From: Candidatus Kuenenia stuttgartensis
Lineage (GTDB): Bacteria > Planctomycetota > Brocadiia > Brocadiales > Brocadiaceae
Direction of reading: 5' to 3'
Length of the DNA: 32,000 nucleotides
NCBI RefSeq assembly: GCF_900232105.1
Contig: NZ_LT934425.1
Span: 1,200,001 to 1,232,000 of the forward strand
Shown here: positions 8,519 through 16,660 of the stretch, one piece after another
Numbering within the stretch: the first letter of the stretch is position 1
How the letters are laid out: each line of letters opens with the position of its first letter
The notes under the pieces: generated by a model
What the model saw: only the letters and a program-made list of their open reading frames with translations
Database searches by the model: none
Told to the model about the DNA's origin: nothing
Position numbers and translations under genes: made by a program

Positions 8519-8745
8519 ACAATTCCCTACAATTCCAACGTAATTTTTTCTTGACGATAATAAACATTATGTTTATTATCTCTCAATGATAAAATCATTC
8601 CGTTGTCGTGAGACTCGAAAAATATTCTACCGCGAATATTCCTAGCGCGGCCTTTGGCCGCAACCAAAAAGGTGATTTTTAGTTTATTATAAAGTATAGT
8701 AGTATCCTCGTAAATAGTAATCAGACAATTTGGAGGACACTACTT

Positions 8746-10302
8746 ATGAATAAGTTGATGGAATTATATCGAGACAGGATCGTGGGTGCAATAAGCGGTC
8801 TGGACAGGATTCGTTTTCGCGGGACATTGCGGTGGTTGGCCAGTGAGCGTGGGATGGGAACATTCATGAACCAAGCGAGAATTCTGCTTAAGGATTTTTC
8901 CGGTTGGGTCAATGGGCTTACGGCACAGGTGCGAGACAGTTGTGAATCGCGGGCGAAAGATTTGGGTATCGAGGTGCGGTATTTGATGAGCAGCGGTGTT
9001 GATAAGGAGAAGTTGGCTCGCCAGATCGCGGCGGATAAGAGGATTACGGAAGGTTCCATCTGCCTGTTGAGTGTGGTAGAGCCTTGTATTGCGCCGATGG
9101 TCAAGGGCAACAAGGCCAGCAAGAAGCTCGAGTTGGTAATGGCGCCCCGCAAGTGTGTCTTTGTGTATCATTATTTTAACGATCCAGTGTTTGGTTTTGG
9201 TCATGTTCGTATCCAGAGTTGGGCGCCGTTTAATATTTTCATTTGTCTCAATGGTCGTCATTGGCTGGAGCGGCAACTTCAGAAGCAAGGTATTGATTAT
9301 GTTAAGGACGGCAACTGTTTTGTGCGTATAGAGGATATTGCGGCTGCGCAGGTTCTGCTCCATGAGCAGCTTAAGACTGACTGGGCGAAGCTGCTGAACG
9401 GGCTTGCGTTGGGCAGTTGCCCGGCATTGTCGCAGATTCTTCGTCCGTTGGAACCGGAGTATTACTGGTCTGCGGATGAGACGGAGTGGGCGACGGACAT
9501 CATGTTTAAATCGGTTGAGGCATTGGAGGAGTTGTTTCCATCGTTTGTTCATCATGCGATGCGGGTTTGCGACAGTTCTTCGGTGATGAAGTATTTGGGT
9601 AGGCGTAACCTTGCAGGCGCTGCCCCTGATGAGGTTATCAGCGACTATCGAAGACGCTATGAAGGTATACGGGTCAAGCACAGTGTGAATTATAATTCAG
9701 TGAAGATGTATAACAAGAGCGGTAGTCTCTTGCGTATTGAGACAACGATCAATAATACGCGGGACTTTAAGGTCTTTCGGAGTCCCAATGATGATGAAGG
9801 CAAACCGGCGTCATGGCAGAAGATGCGTAAGGGCGTAAGCGATCTTCATCGACGGTGTGAGGTGAGCCAACAATGCAATGATCGTTATGGGGATGCTTTG
9901 GCGGCGGCTCAGGTAGAGGAGAAACTGAAAGAAGTGGTGAGCAGCGCTTGTAACAAGGTTGTCAAAGAGGGCAAGAGGTATCGAGGTTTGAATCCCTGGC
10001 AGCAGGATGATTACCAGATGCTGATGTTCCTGTCCAAAGGCGAAAACGCGATAAATGGATTCCGCAACCATGATTTGCGTAAGTGGCTTTACCGGGAATC
10101 CGAACAATCCGGCAAGGATCAGCAAAAGAAATATTCCGGACGAACGACCCGACGGATAAAGATGCTGCGGGCACACGGTCTAATCCGCAAAGTTCCGAGG
10201 GCCAACCGCTATGTTTTGACGGAGAAAGGCCAGAAGTTCTCTTGTTCACTGATGACCGCTTCAGCCCTTGATATTAAAGCACTTACGGAAATGGCGGCAT
10301 GA
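8746..10302 (+). CDS. Uncharacterised 518-aa protein with a possible C-terminal winged-helix-like region; putatively mobile
   Basis: Long ORF with RBS (ggaggacactacttATG). C-terminus YSGRTTRRIKMLRAHGLIRKVPRANRYVLTEKGQKF resembles a winged-helix segment. No catalytic family recognised. Confidence 0.75.
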   Translation: MNKLMELYRDRIVGAISGLDRIRFRGTLRWLASERGMGTFMNQARILLKDFSGWVNGLTAQVRDSCESRAKDLGIEVRYLMSSGVDKEKLARQIAADKRITEGSICLLSVVEPCIAPMVKGNKASKKLELVMAPRKCVFVYHYFNDPVFGFGHVRIQSWAPFNIFICLNGRHWLERQLQKQGIDYVKDGNCFVRIEDIAAAQVLLHEQLKTDWAKLLNGLALGSCPALSQILRPLEPEYYWSADETEWATDIMFKSVEALEELFPSFVHHAMRVCDSSSVMKYLGRRNLAGAAPDEVISDYRRRYEGIRVKHSVNYNSVKMYNKSGSLLRIETTINNTRDFKVFRSPNDDEGKPASWQKMRKGVSDLHRRCEVSQQCNDRYGDALAAAQVEEKLKEVVSSACNKVVKEGKRYRGLNPWQQDDYQMLMFLSKGENAINGFRNHDLRKWLYRESEQSGKDQQKKYSGRTTRRIKMLRAHGLIRKVPRANRYVLTEKGQKFSCSLMTASALDIKALTEMAA

Positions 10303-10345
10303 AAAACACGCATAAAAAACAAGAAATTGATGGATAGTAGTACGA

Positions 10346-10567
10346 AGGTTTCCTCGTGATATGCAAATGCGCGCATTTGCAAAGCTCAATGCGATTGATG
10401 CAGCCATCCATCTTAAAGATTTGCACCTGCCACCATCAAACCGGTTTGAGGCGTTAAAGGGCGAACGTAAGGAGCAGTATAGCATTCGAATCAATGATAG
10501 ATGGCGTATTTGTTTTGAGTGGCGTAATGGTAACGCAGAAGAGGTCGAAATTGTTGATTATCATTAA
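10346..10567 (+). pseudogene. higB: HigB/RelE-like toxin, N-terminally truncated
   Basis: RFPRDMQMRAFAKLNAIDAAIHLKDLHLPPSNRFEALKGERKEQYSIRINDRWRICFEWRNGNAEEVEIVDYH is characteristic of HigB. The usual N-terminal MIxSFxxKxTE segment is absent and an in-frame stop lies upstream. Confidence 0.75.
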
Positions 10568-10579
10568 GGAGGTTACATA

Positions 10580-10894
10580 ATGGCTAAACGTCGTATTACT
10601 CCAGTTCACCCTGGGGTATATCTGAAAGAATTACTCGATGAATTAAAAATATCACAATACCGGCTATCACAGGATTTAGGTGTGCCTGCCATGAGGATCA
10701 ATCATGTGGTACATAGCAAACGTCCGGTAACTGCAGAGCTTGCCTTGCGTTTAGGGCGCTATTTTGGTCAAAGCCCGCGCTATTGGATGAACCTGCAAAG
10801 CCGGTATGATATGGATATTGCCGAAGATGCCTTATTCGAACAGGTAACACGTGAAGTTCGCCCCTTTAACGGTAGATTTATAATTCACAAGTAA
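10580..10894 (+). CDS. higA: HigA-family antitoxin (XRE/HTH)
   Basis: RITPVHPGVYLKELLDELKISQYRLSQDLGVPAMRINHVVHSKRPVTAELALRLGRYFGQSPRYWMNLQSRYDM, 12 bp after higB. Confidence 0.92.
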   Translation: MAKRRITPVHPGVYLKELLDELKISQYRLSQDLGVPAMRINHVVHSKRPVTAELALRLGRYFGQSPRYWMNLQSRYDMDIAEDALFEQVTREVRPFNGRFIIHK

Positions 10895-10915
10895 ACTTCG
10901 TTCATAGGTCGAAAT

Positions 10916-11056
10916 AGAGGGACACTTCCCATATTTAATTTACACCCGATTCTTTTTCCTTGCGCATACTCTTGCTATTTTTTTGGCATACAGGGCATAC
11001 AGAGGAAAATATCACACCTTAAAGTGCATGTCAAAAAATATGGGAAGTGTCCCTCT
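10916..11056. mobile_element. 141-bp MITE-like element related to the RAYT remnant at 8170-8518
   Basis: Perfect 21-bp TIRs AGAGGGACACTTCCCATATTT / AAATATGGGAAGTGTCCCTCT. Interior shares GATTCTTTTTCCTT and GGCATACAGGGCATACAGAGGAAAATATCACACCTTAA with the other copy. Confidence 0.85.
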
Positions 11057-11260
11057 ATAAGACCATAAAAGCAGAGGGACAAATATTGCTACCACAAATT
11101 CAATCTTTTTCATACTTTTACGTCCTTTCTGGTGCAGCGCACCATTAGTTTTTCTGTCTGGCGTTTTATTGGGAGTACACTTGTTTGAGACAACATCCTC
11201 TATTTACACAGCGATCCTTTCTGTTTTCTCGCAGCCAATGTATAGTCTCGCGCATGTTGT

Positions 11261-12058
11261 TTATTCGAGGAATTCAATGCGTTTAATATAAGCCTCGGCT
11301 TTTCCTCCACCCTCCGTTGTAGTAGTGTCAACCTCAAGACATAAAGCAGATATTGCAGGAGCTTCTTCTTTGTAATATGTTTGAAACGCACTAGTCAAAT
11401 CAAACTCTGAAATTACCGTTTCATTAAGTTCCGGATTACCTACACAGACAAAACGCCCACTGTCGTGAAAATATTTCCCTTTGTAAGGTATGTTAATTTC
11501 GTCAGCTTCGCCGAGAAACAGGCTTATGAAATAAGGTAAATCCGGTATCATAAAATACCCACTGGACAATTTTTCTGGACCAAAAAATATATATAAACCC
11601 AAAGCCTGATTCCTATTTCCGCTCTCAAAGTTAGCATCATTCGGGTATTTACTGATTCCCCATTCAATGCGCACTTTAGAAACTTTCGGAATAATGACAT
11701 CCTTAAAAACAAGAAAACCTCTGACGGGTTGCTTGGTTTTAATAAACAACATACCCTTCTGAATGGATAATTCAATTTCCGGATGATACTTAGCTGCACC
11801 CTCACAATAAAACCCCTTCGATTCCAACCATTTACGGACAGTACCGCCTGAATAATTCGAAAAATCGATTACATATTTTACCTTCTGAACCTTTTCATTG
11901 TCTTGTTTTTCCAGACTGTTGTCCTTAGCATCCTGCGATGACTCATGGCTCTCAGCTTGTTTATTTTCTTCAGAAGAAACGTTTCCGCTCAAAACAAATA
12001 TTACTATAAATATGAGACTTGCAATAAAACTTTTCATTTTCGTTTCCTTTCCTTTCAT
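11261..12058 (-). CDS. Secreted hypothetical protein (possibly DUF3047-like)
   Basis: 265 aa with signal peptide MKSFIASLIFIVIFVLSGNVSSEE; VIDFSNYSGGTVRKW...VRIEWGISKYP. Confidence 0.6.
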   Translation of the reverse strand: MKGKETKMKSFIASLIFIVIFVLSGNVSSEENKQAESHESSQDAKDNSLEKQDNEKVQKVKYVIDFSNYSGGTVRKWLESKGFYCEGAAKYHPEIELSIQKGMLFIKTKQPVRGFLVFKDVIIPKVSKVRIEWGISKYPNDANFESGNRNQALGLYIFFGPEKLSSGYFMIPDLPYFISLFLGEADEINIPYKGKYFHDSGRFVCVGNPELNETVISEFDLTSAFQTYYKEEAPAISALCLEVDTTTTEGGGKAEAYIKRIEFLE

Positions 12059-12168
12059 GAAAAATAATGAAAGGAGAGAAGTTGGGATTTAACATATACA
12101 TTCCCAACTTCTCAACCGTTTAACCTTATAACCTCACGTTTTCAATTATCCAAAACGCATTTGTAGTA

Positions 12169-12354
12169 CTATTTTGCAGCGTCCTGAATTTTCTCACCAG
12201 CCTTTTCGGCCTGTTGCCCGGCTTTTTCTAAGGCCTTATCTAATTCCTTGCCTGCGCTCTCCACCGAACCCTCTTTTTTCTGGCAGCCGGCTAACCCTGC
12301 AATCAGAGCACTTATTGCTAACGCTACCATTACATTCTTGCCAAATTTCATCAT
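12169..12354 (-). CDS. Small lipoprotein with a lysine/alanine-rich helical tail
   Basis: MMKFGKNVMVALAISALIAGLAGCQKKEGSVESAGKELDKALEKAGQQAEKAGEKIQDAAK; lipobox LAGC. Confidence 0.7.
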   Translation of the reverse strand: MMKFGKNVMVALAISALIAGLAGCQKKEGSVESAGKELDKALEKAGQQAEKAGEKIQDAAK

Positions 12355-12429
12355 TTATATCTCCTTTATTAAATACAAACTATATAAACGGGAGTATGCT
12401 GAGATTTCCCCAACCCATGGGCTACGATT

Positions 12430-13314
12430 TTACCAAAAATTGTTTATATCACTTTCAAGTGTATCAAGGCGTCCGGAAATTTCGCCTTTTTCATCGGAGG
12501 TAAGGGGTTGGCCTTTTATCCGTTGCAAAAATTCCCTTCGGACTTCATCTAATCTCAATTGGAAATCCCTTCCCCGGACACGCGGCAATCTTCCGATCAG
12601 CATCCCATCGTCAATCTTCCTCTGGAGTACGATCATCCAATCCTCGAGCCTTGTCTCATCGATTCTTGAAGGATAGGCACGCACCTTCTTGACCTCCCCT
12701 TCCAGCTCGTTCAGTGTCGCGATAAGGGGATCCCATTCTTTCTGCGTGGTCTTTCTTTCCCTCAGCACCGTATAATCCCTTCGGAGATTATCAAGTTTTG
12801 TCATAAAAGCCTGAGATTCGTTAGGGGTTAATTCACCAGATCCCAACCCATTGCCAATCGTCTGTTGAAGCAAAAACATTCGATCCGAGAATTGTGTCTC
12901 ATCGATTCTTGAAGGATAGGCACGCACCTTCTTGATCTCCCCTTCCAGCTCGTCCAGTTTCGTGATAATGGGATCCCATTCCTTCTGCGTGGTCTTTCTT
13001 TCCCTCAGCACCGTATAATCCCTGCGGAGATTATCAAGTTTTATCAGAAAAGTCTGTGCCTCGTTATGGGTTAACTCACCAGATCCCAACCCATTGCCAA
13101 TCGTCTGCTGAAGCGAAAACATTCGATCCTCGGTTTTCCTTTCGTTTTCAGGCCATCTTTGAGAATGATAAACCAAATCACATTGTACCAGAACGGTCGT
13201 CATCCCCAGAACAATTGCAATAAGTAATATCTTTTTCTTAAAATACCCTCCTTTCAAATATTTCAAATAATCAATTGCCTTCATCTTTCTTTTCCTCCTT
13301 TCTGAATTGTACAT
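12430..13314 (-). CDS. Membrane-anchored/lipoprotein-like protein with internal 81-aa repeats
   Basis: Hydrophobic N-terminus KKKILLIAIVLGMTTVLVQC followed by two near-identical 81-aa units (DRMFSLQQTIGNGLGSGELT...YPSRIDET) and a degenerate third. Confidence 0.65.
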   Translation of the reverse strand: MYNSERRKRKMKAIDYLKYLKGGYFKKKILLIAIVLGMTTVLVQCDLVYHSQRWPENERKTEDRMFSLQQTIGNGLGSGELTHNEAQTFLIKLDNLRRDYTVLRERKTTQKEWDPIITKLDELEGEIKKVRAYPSRIDETQFSDRMFLLQQTIGNGLGSGELTPNESQAFMTKLDNLRRDYTVLRERKTTQKEWDPLIATLNELEGEVKKVRAYPSRIDETRLEDWMIVLQRKIDDGMLIGRLPRVRGRDFQLRLDEVRREFLQRIKGQPLTSDEKGEISGRLDTLESDINNFW

Positions 13315-13515
13315 CGATGTAGATTTTTCAGATTGTTTATTCAGGAAACTGATACTTCAACCATGTATGTTGGGTTTCGTTCCCCGACCCAACCTTATAA
13401 ATTAGGCCTTCGGCAACTTTTCATGGATACTGAACGTAGGGGTTGAAGATTTTCAACCCTTACATTGAAACATTGAAATCCCTTAACGGTAAATTAGGCC
13501 TACGGCGACTTCTCA

Positions 13516-13544
13516 TGTAGAGCGAAGTGGCACTTCGCTCTACA
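13516..13544. repeat. Dispersed palindrome, copy 1: TGTAGAGCGAAGTG-g-CACTTCGCTCTACA
   Basis: Perfect 14-bp arms; related copy at 29826-29854. Confidence 0.85.
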
Positions 13545-13645
13545 GCCGCAATTTTGAAATGCTAAAACATCAAGAAAAGTCCCACAGGGTTCGGGCAACA
13601 TAAACGGGAGTCTACCGGGATTTCCCCAACTCATGAGCTACGATT

Positions 13646-14242
13646 TTACAAAGCATTGTTTACATCGCTTTCAAGTAAATCAAGGCGGCTGGAGGTCTCT
13701 CCTTTTTCCTCGGTGGTTAAGGGTCGGTCTTTTATTCGTTGCAAAAATTCCCTTCGTATATCATCTAATCTCAATTGAAAGTCCCTTCCCTGGACACGCC
13801 GCAATCTTCCAATAAGCATCCCATCGTCGAGCCTCCTCTGGAGCACGATCATCCGATCCTCGAGTTTTGTCTCATCGATTCTTGAAGGATAGGCGAGCAC
13901 CACCTTAACCTCCTTCTCCATATCTTCCAGTTTCGTGAGAAGGGGCGCCCATTCCTCTTGCGTAGTCTTTCTTTCTCTCAGCACAGTGTAATCCCTTCGG
14001 AGATTATCAAGTTTTACCACAAATTCCTGAGACGCATCAAGGGTTAATTCACCGGACCCCAACCCCTTGCCAATTTCCTGTTGAAGCAAAAACATTCGAT
14101 CCTCAGTTCTTCTTTCATTTTCCGGCCATCTCTGAGAGACCGAAGCACATTGTACTAGAACGGTCATCATCCCCAGAACAATTACGAGAAGCAGCATTTT
14201 TTTCTTAAAATACCTTACTTGCAAAAAATCAATTACCTTCAT
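13646..14242 (-). CDS. Paralogue of 12430-13314 with one fewer 81-aa repeat unit
   Basis: Shares YFKKKMLLLVIVLGMMTVLVQCASVSQRWPENERRTEDRMFLLQQEIGKGLGSGELT... and IVLQRRLDDGMLIGRLRRVQGRDFQLRL. Confidence 0.65.
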   Translation of the reverse strand: MKVIDFLQVRYFKKKMLLLVIVLGMMTVLVQCASVSQRWPENERRTEDRMFLLQQEIGKGLGSGELTLDASQEFVVKLDNLRRDYTVLRERKTTQEEWAPLLTKLEDMEKEVKVVLAYPSRIDETKLEDRMIVLQRRLDDGMLIGRLRRVQGRDFQLRLDDIRREFLQRIKDRPLTTEEKGETSSRLDLLESDVNNAL

Positions 14243-14661
14243 CTTTTCTTTCCTCCTTTTCTAATTGTACATCGGGATAGACTTCCCAGAATGGTTATTC
14301 AGGGAACTTATACTTCAGACATGCAGGCCTGCGCTTTCAACCCTTGCTATTGTTTATTTATCTTTTGCTTATGCTTATACACGCCTTTCGTTTCTATAGT
14401 ACATTCCTTTCCTTAAAATGATTCGTGACAAATCGTGTCCTTCTCGTTTTCAATCTCCTCCTGCGACTAGCTCCTGCTCAACAAAATCAGGATCAGTACG
14501 ATAATCAGCACCATCCCAAAAACAAAGCCGGGTTTATAACCCCACGACCGACTATATGGCCAGGTTGGGATTACGCCCAAAATGACCAGAATCAGAGCTC
14601 CGATTAATATTGTGCTAAGTGACATATTCGTGCTCCCGTTAAAAAATGAAGGTTAAATTAA

Positions 14662-14740
14662 AGTAGGGGCGAAGCATTTGCTATAAATTGTCATAAATGC
14701 GTTCATACCTAAACCGGCAAATGCTTCGTCCCTACTTTTT
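14662..14740. mobile_element. 79-bp MITE-like inverted-repeat element
   Basis: AAAGTAGGGGCGAAGCATTTGC ... GCAAATGCTTCGTCCCTACTTT; 22-bp arms, 21/22 matches. Confidence 0.7.
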
Positions 14741-14837
14741 CAAAAAACTAAATTGTTACACAAAATGTGAGTTTTATAAGAATGGCACGGGTAAAACCCG
14801 TTTGCCCATGCCACCCGGCCATATCAATATTAAAAGG

Positions 14838-14985
14838 GGAGCATTCCCGATTTTTGGTTAACTAATTGTACATTGTGACACAAGCATCCTGCTTGTTGTA
14901 TTTTACCCTCAAGCTGGATGCTTGTGGTACTATTCTTCCCCTTCCCCCTGCTAATGGCATTTTTACAAAAAATCGGGAATGCTCC
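14838..14985. mobile_element. 148-bp MITE-like element with nested inverted repeats
   Basis: Outer perfect 18-bp arms GGAGCATTCCCGATTTTT / AAAAATCGGGAATGCTCC; inner arms ACAAGCATCCTGCTTG / CAAGCTGGATGCTTGT. Confidence 0.7.
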
Positions 14986-15117
14986 TGTTCAAACTATGTC
15001 CCCCGCTGGCGGGGGTGCAGGGGGCATAAGCGCTAACTTGTTTTATTGACAAATTTTATTCATCATGGTATTTTTATGTTAATTATCCCGCTAATCACTC
15101 TATAGGAGGATAAAGCC

Positions 15118-16221
15118 ATGATGAGAGAAGATTGGGATCTTCTAAGAACTTTCTTCCCAAACGATTGGAAAAGTTTAGCCGTTGATACAAATGCTTTAAA
15201 AGGCTTGCGCAAGGATAAATCTGAAGAAAAGCTTCTTCGAACATTATTAATTCATTTAGGATGTGGCTATTCATTGCGTGAAACAGTAGTTCGAGCCAAG
15301 CGTGCTAACTTAGCAGATTTATCCGATGTTGCCTTATTAAAGCGATTAAAAAAGAGCAAAGAATGGCTATATAAATTATGTTTATCTTTATTCCGTGAGC
15401 GTGGCCTCCAAATTAATAAACGGAATAATTTTCATCTTCGCTTATTTGATGCAACAACAGTAAAGGAACCTGGGAAAACAGGAAGTCTTTGGCGCATTCA
15501 TTATAGTATTGAGGTTCCTTCATTATCTTGCGATTTCTTTAAACTTACGGGAACTGAAGGAGAAGGCACAGGAGAATCTTTTCGGCAGTTTCCGATGAAA
15601 AAAGATGATTATATTATAGCTGACAGAGGTTACTGTACTGGCCAAGGAATTCATCATGCAACAAGGAAAGGCGCTTATCTTAGCGTTAGAGTTAATTCGC
15701 AATCTCTACGGATATTCGGCGAAGAAAAGAAACCCTTTCCTTTATTGAAAGAAATCCAATATTTAAAAAGACCCCTTGCTATAAAATCATGGAACGTTTT
15801 TATTCCAAACGTTGATAATACTGAATATGTCAAAGGTCGTCTTTGTATAATACACAAAACAGAAGAAGCCATTAAAATAGCTCATAAAAAACTTAAAAGA
15901 CATGCAAGCAAAAAGGGCATTGAACTAAAACCGGAGACCCTTATTTATGCCAAGTACGTAATAGTATTCACAACGTTTCCTGAAAATCAATTTACCGCTT
16001 TTGATATCTTAGAATGGTATCGAGTTCGATGGCAAATTGAACTGGTCTTTAAAAGATTTAAACAAATAGCACAATTTGGACACTTACCTAAATACGATGA
16101 TGATAGCTCAAAAGCTTGGCTTTATGGCAAACTATTCGTTGCTCTTTTGACAGAAAAACTAATAGATTTTGCTACGTCTTTTTCCCCCTGGGGATACTTC
16201 ATTGTCAAGCAAGAAGACTAA
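15118..16221 (+). CDS. IS4-family transposase, main ORF
   Basis: 367-aa translation identical to that of 6482-7585. Confidence 0.85.
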   Translation: MMREDWDLLRTFFPNDWKSLAVDTNALKGLRKDKSEEKLLRTLLIHLGCGYSLRETVVRAKRANLADLSDVALLKRLKKSKEWLYKLCLSLFRERGLQINKRNNFHLRLFDATTVKEPGKTGSLWRIHYSIEVPSLSCDFFKLTGTEGEGTGESFRQFPMKKDDYIIADRGYCTGQGIHHATRKGAYLSVRVNSQSLRIFGEEKKPFPLLKEIQYLKRPLAIKSWNVFIPNVDNTEYVKGRLCIIHKTEEAIKIAHKKLKRHASKKGIELKPETLIYAKYVIVFTTFPENQFTAFDILEWYRVRWQIELVFKRFKQIAQFGHLPKYDDDSSKAWLYGKLFVALLTEKLIDFATSFSPWGYFIVKQED

Positions 16222-16390
16222 AAGCAAATGGCGTGAATTTGCTTTTATGCTTAATCAAGTAAAACGGGCTATAGAACCAGCGTTATCATTACAGGAAGTT
16301 CTTAAGTGCTGGAATGACATTGCTTGTTCTTTAGCAGAAAATACAAGAATCCGAAAAACACAGATATCAAAATACTTCGAGCATACCTAA
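16169..16390 (+). CDS. C-terminal +1-frame extension of the IS4-family transposase
   Basis: Identical to the 6313-6534 product. Confidence 0.6.
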   Translation: MLRLFPPGDTSLSSKKTKSKWREFAFMLNQVKRAIEPALSLQEVLKCWNDIACSLAENTRIRKTQISKYFEHT

Positions 16391-16540
16391 AACAAGTTAG
16401 CGCTTATGACCCCTTGCCCACCCCCACTGGTAGGGGATTTAAAGATTTAATGAAGCATGAAAGTAGATTTTCAAATATCATCGGCAAATCATGGTTTCAT
16501 TCTTTCTTCCATGCGAAGCTGGAGCTTCTCAAACAATTAC

Positions 16541-16565
16541 GTTCCCAAGCCCGGAGCTTGGGAAC
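16541..16565. repeat. Hairpin GTTCCCAAGC-ccgga-GCTTGGGAAC
   Basis: Perfect 10-bp arms; related structure at 29878-29913. Confidence 0.75.
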
Positions 16566-16660
16566 AAGCGTTTTTACCTTTTCAAAAAGCTAAAGTGTTA
16601 CAATATTTTTCTTGTTGCGTAACATGAGTCGCCCGAAGATAAAGCAAAGATCTTACGTGC

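Larger units (their letters stand above)
15025..16408 (+). mobile_element. IS4-family insertion sequence, copy 2 (1384 bp), inverted relative to copy 1
   Basis: Same ends CATAAGCGCTAACTTG...CAAGTTAGCGCTTATG, same length and same encoded proteins as copy 1; no flanking target duplication visible. Confidence 0.9.

Noticed and set aside
8764-10249. Minus-strand ORFs (305 aa, 143 aa, 121 aa and others) opposite the 518-aa gene
   Set aside because: Antisense to a well-supported ORF with an RBS, with no recognisable domains.
12174-12676. Plus-strand ORFs 12174-12503 and 12248-12676
   Set aside because: Antisense to the lipoprotein and repeat-protein genes, with no domain signature.
15017-16416. 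Target-site duplication for IS4-family copy 2
   Set aside because: The bases outside the two ends differ (GCAGGGGG vs ACCCCTTG); they look loosely complementary, not directly repeated.
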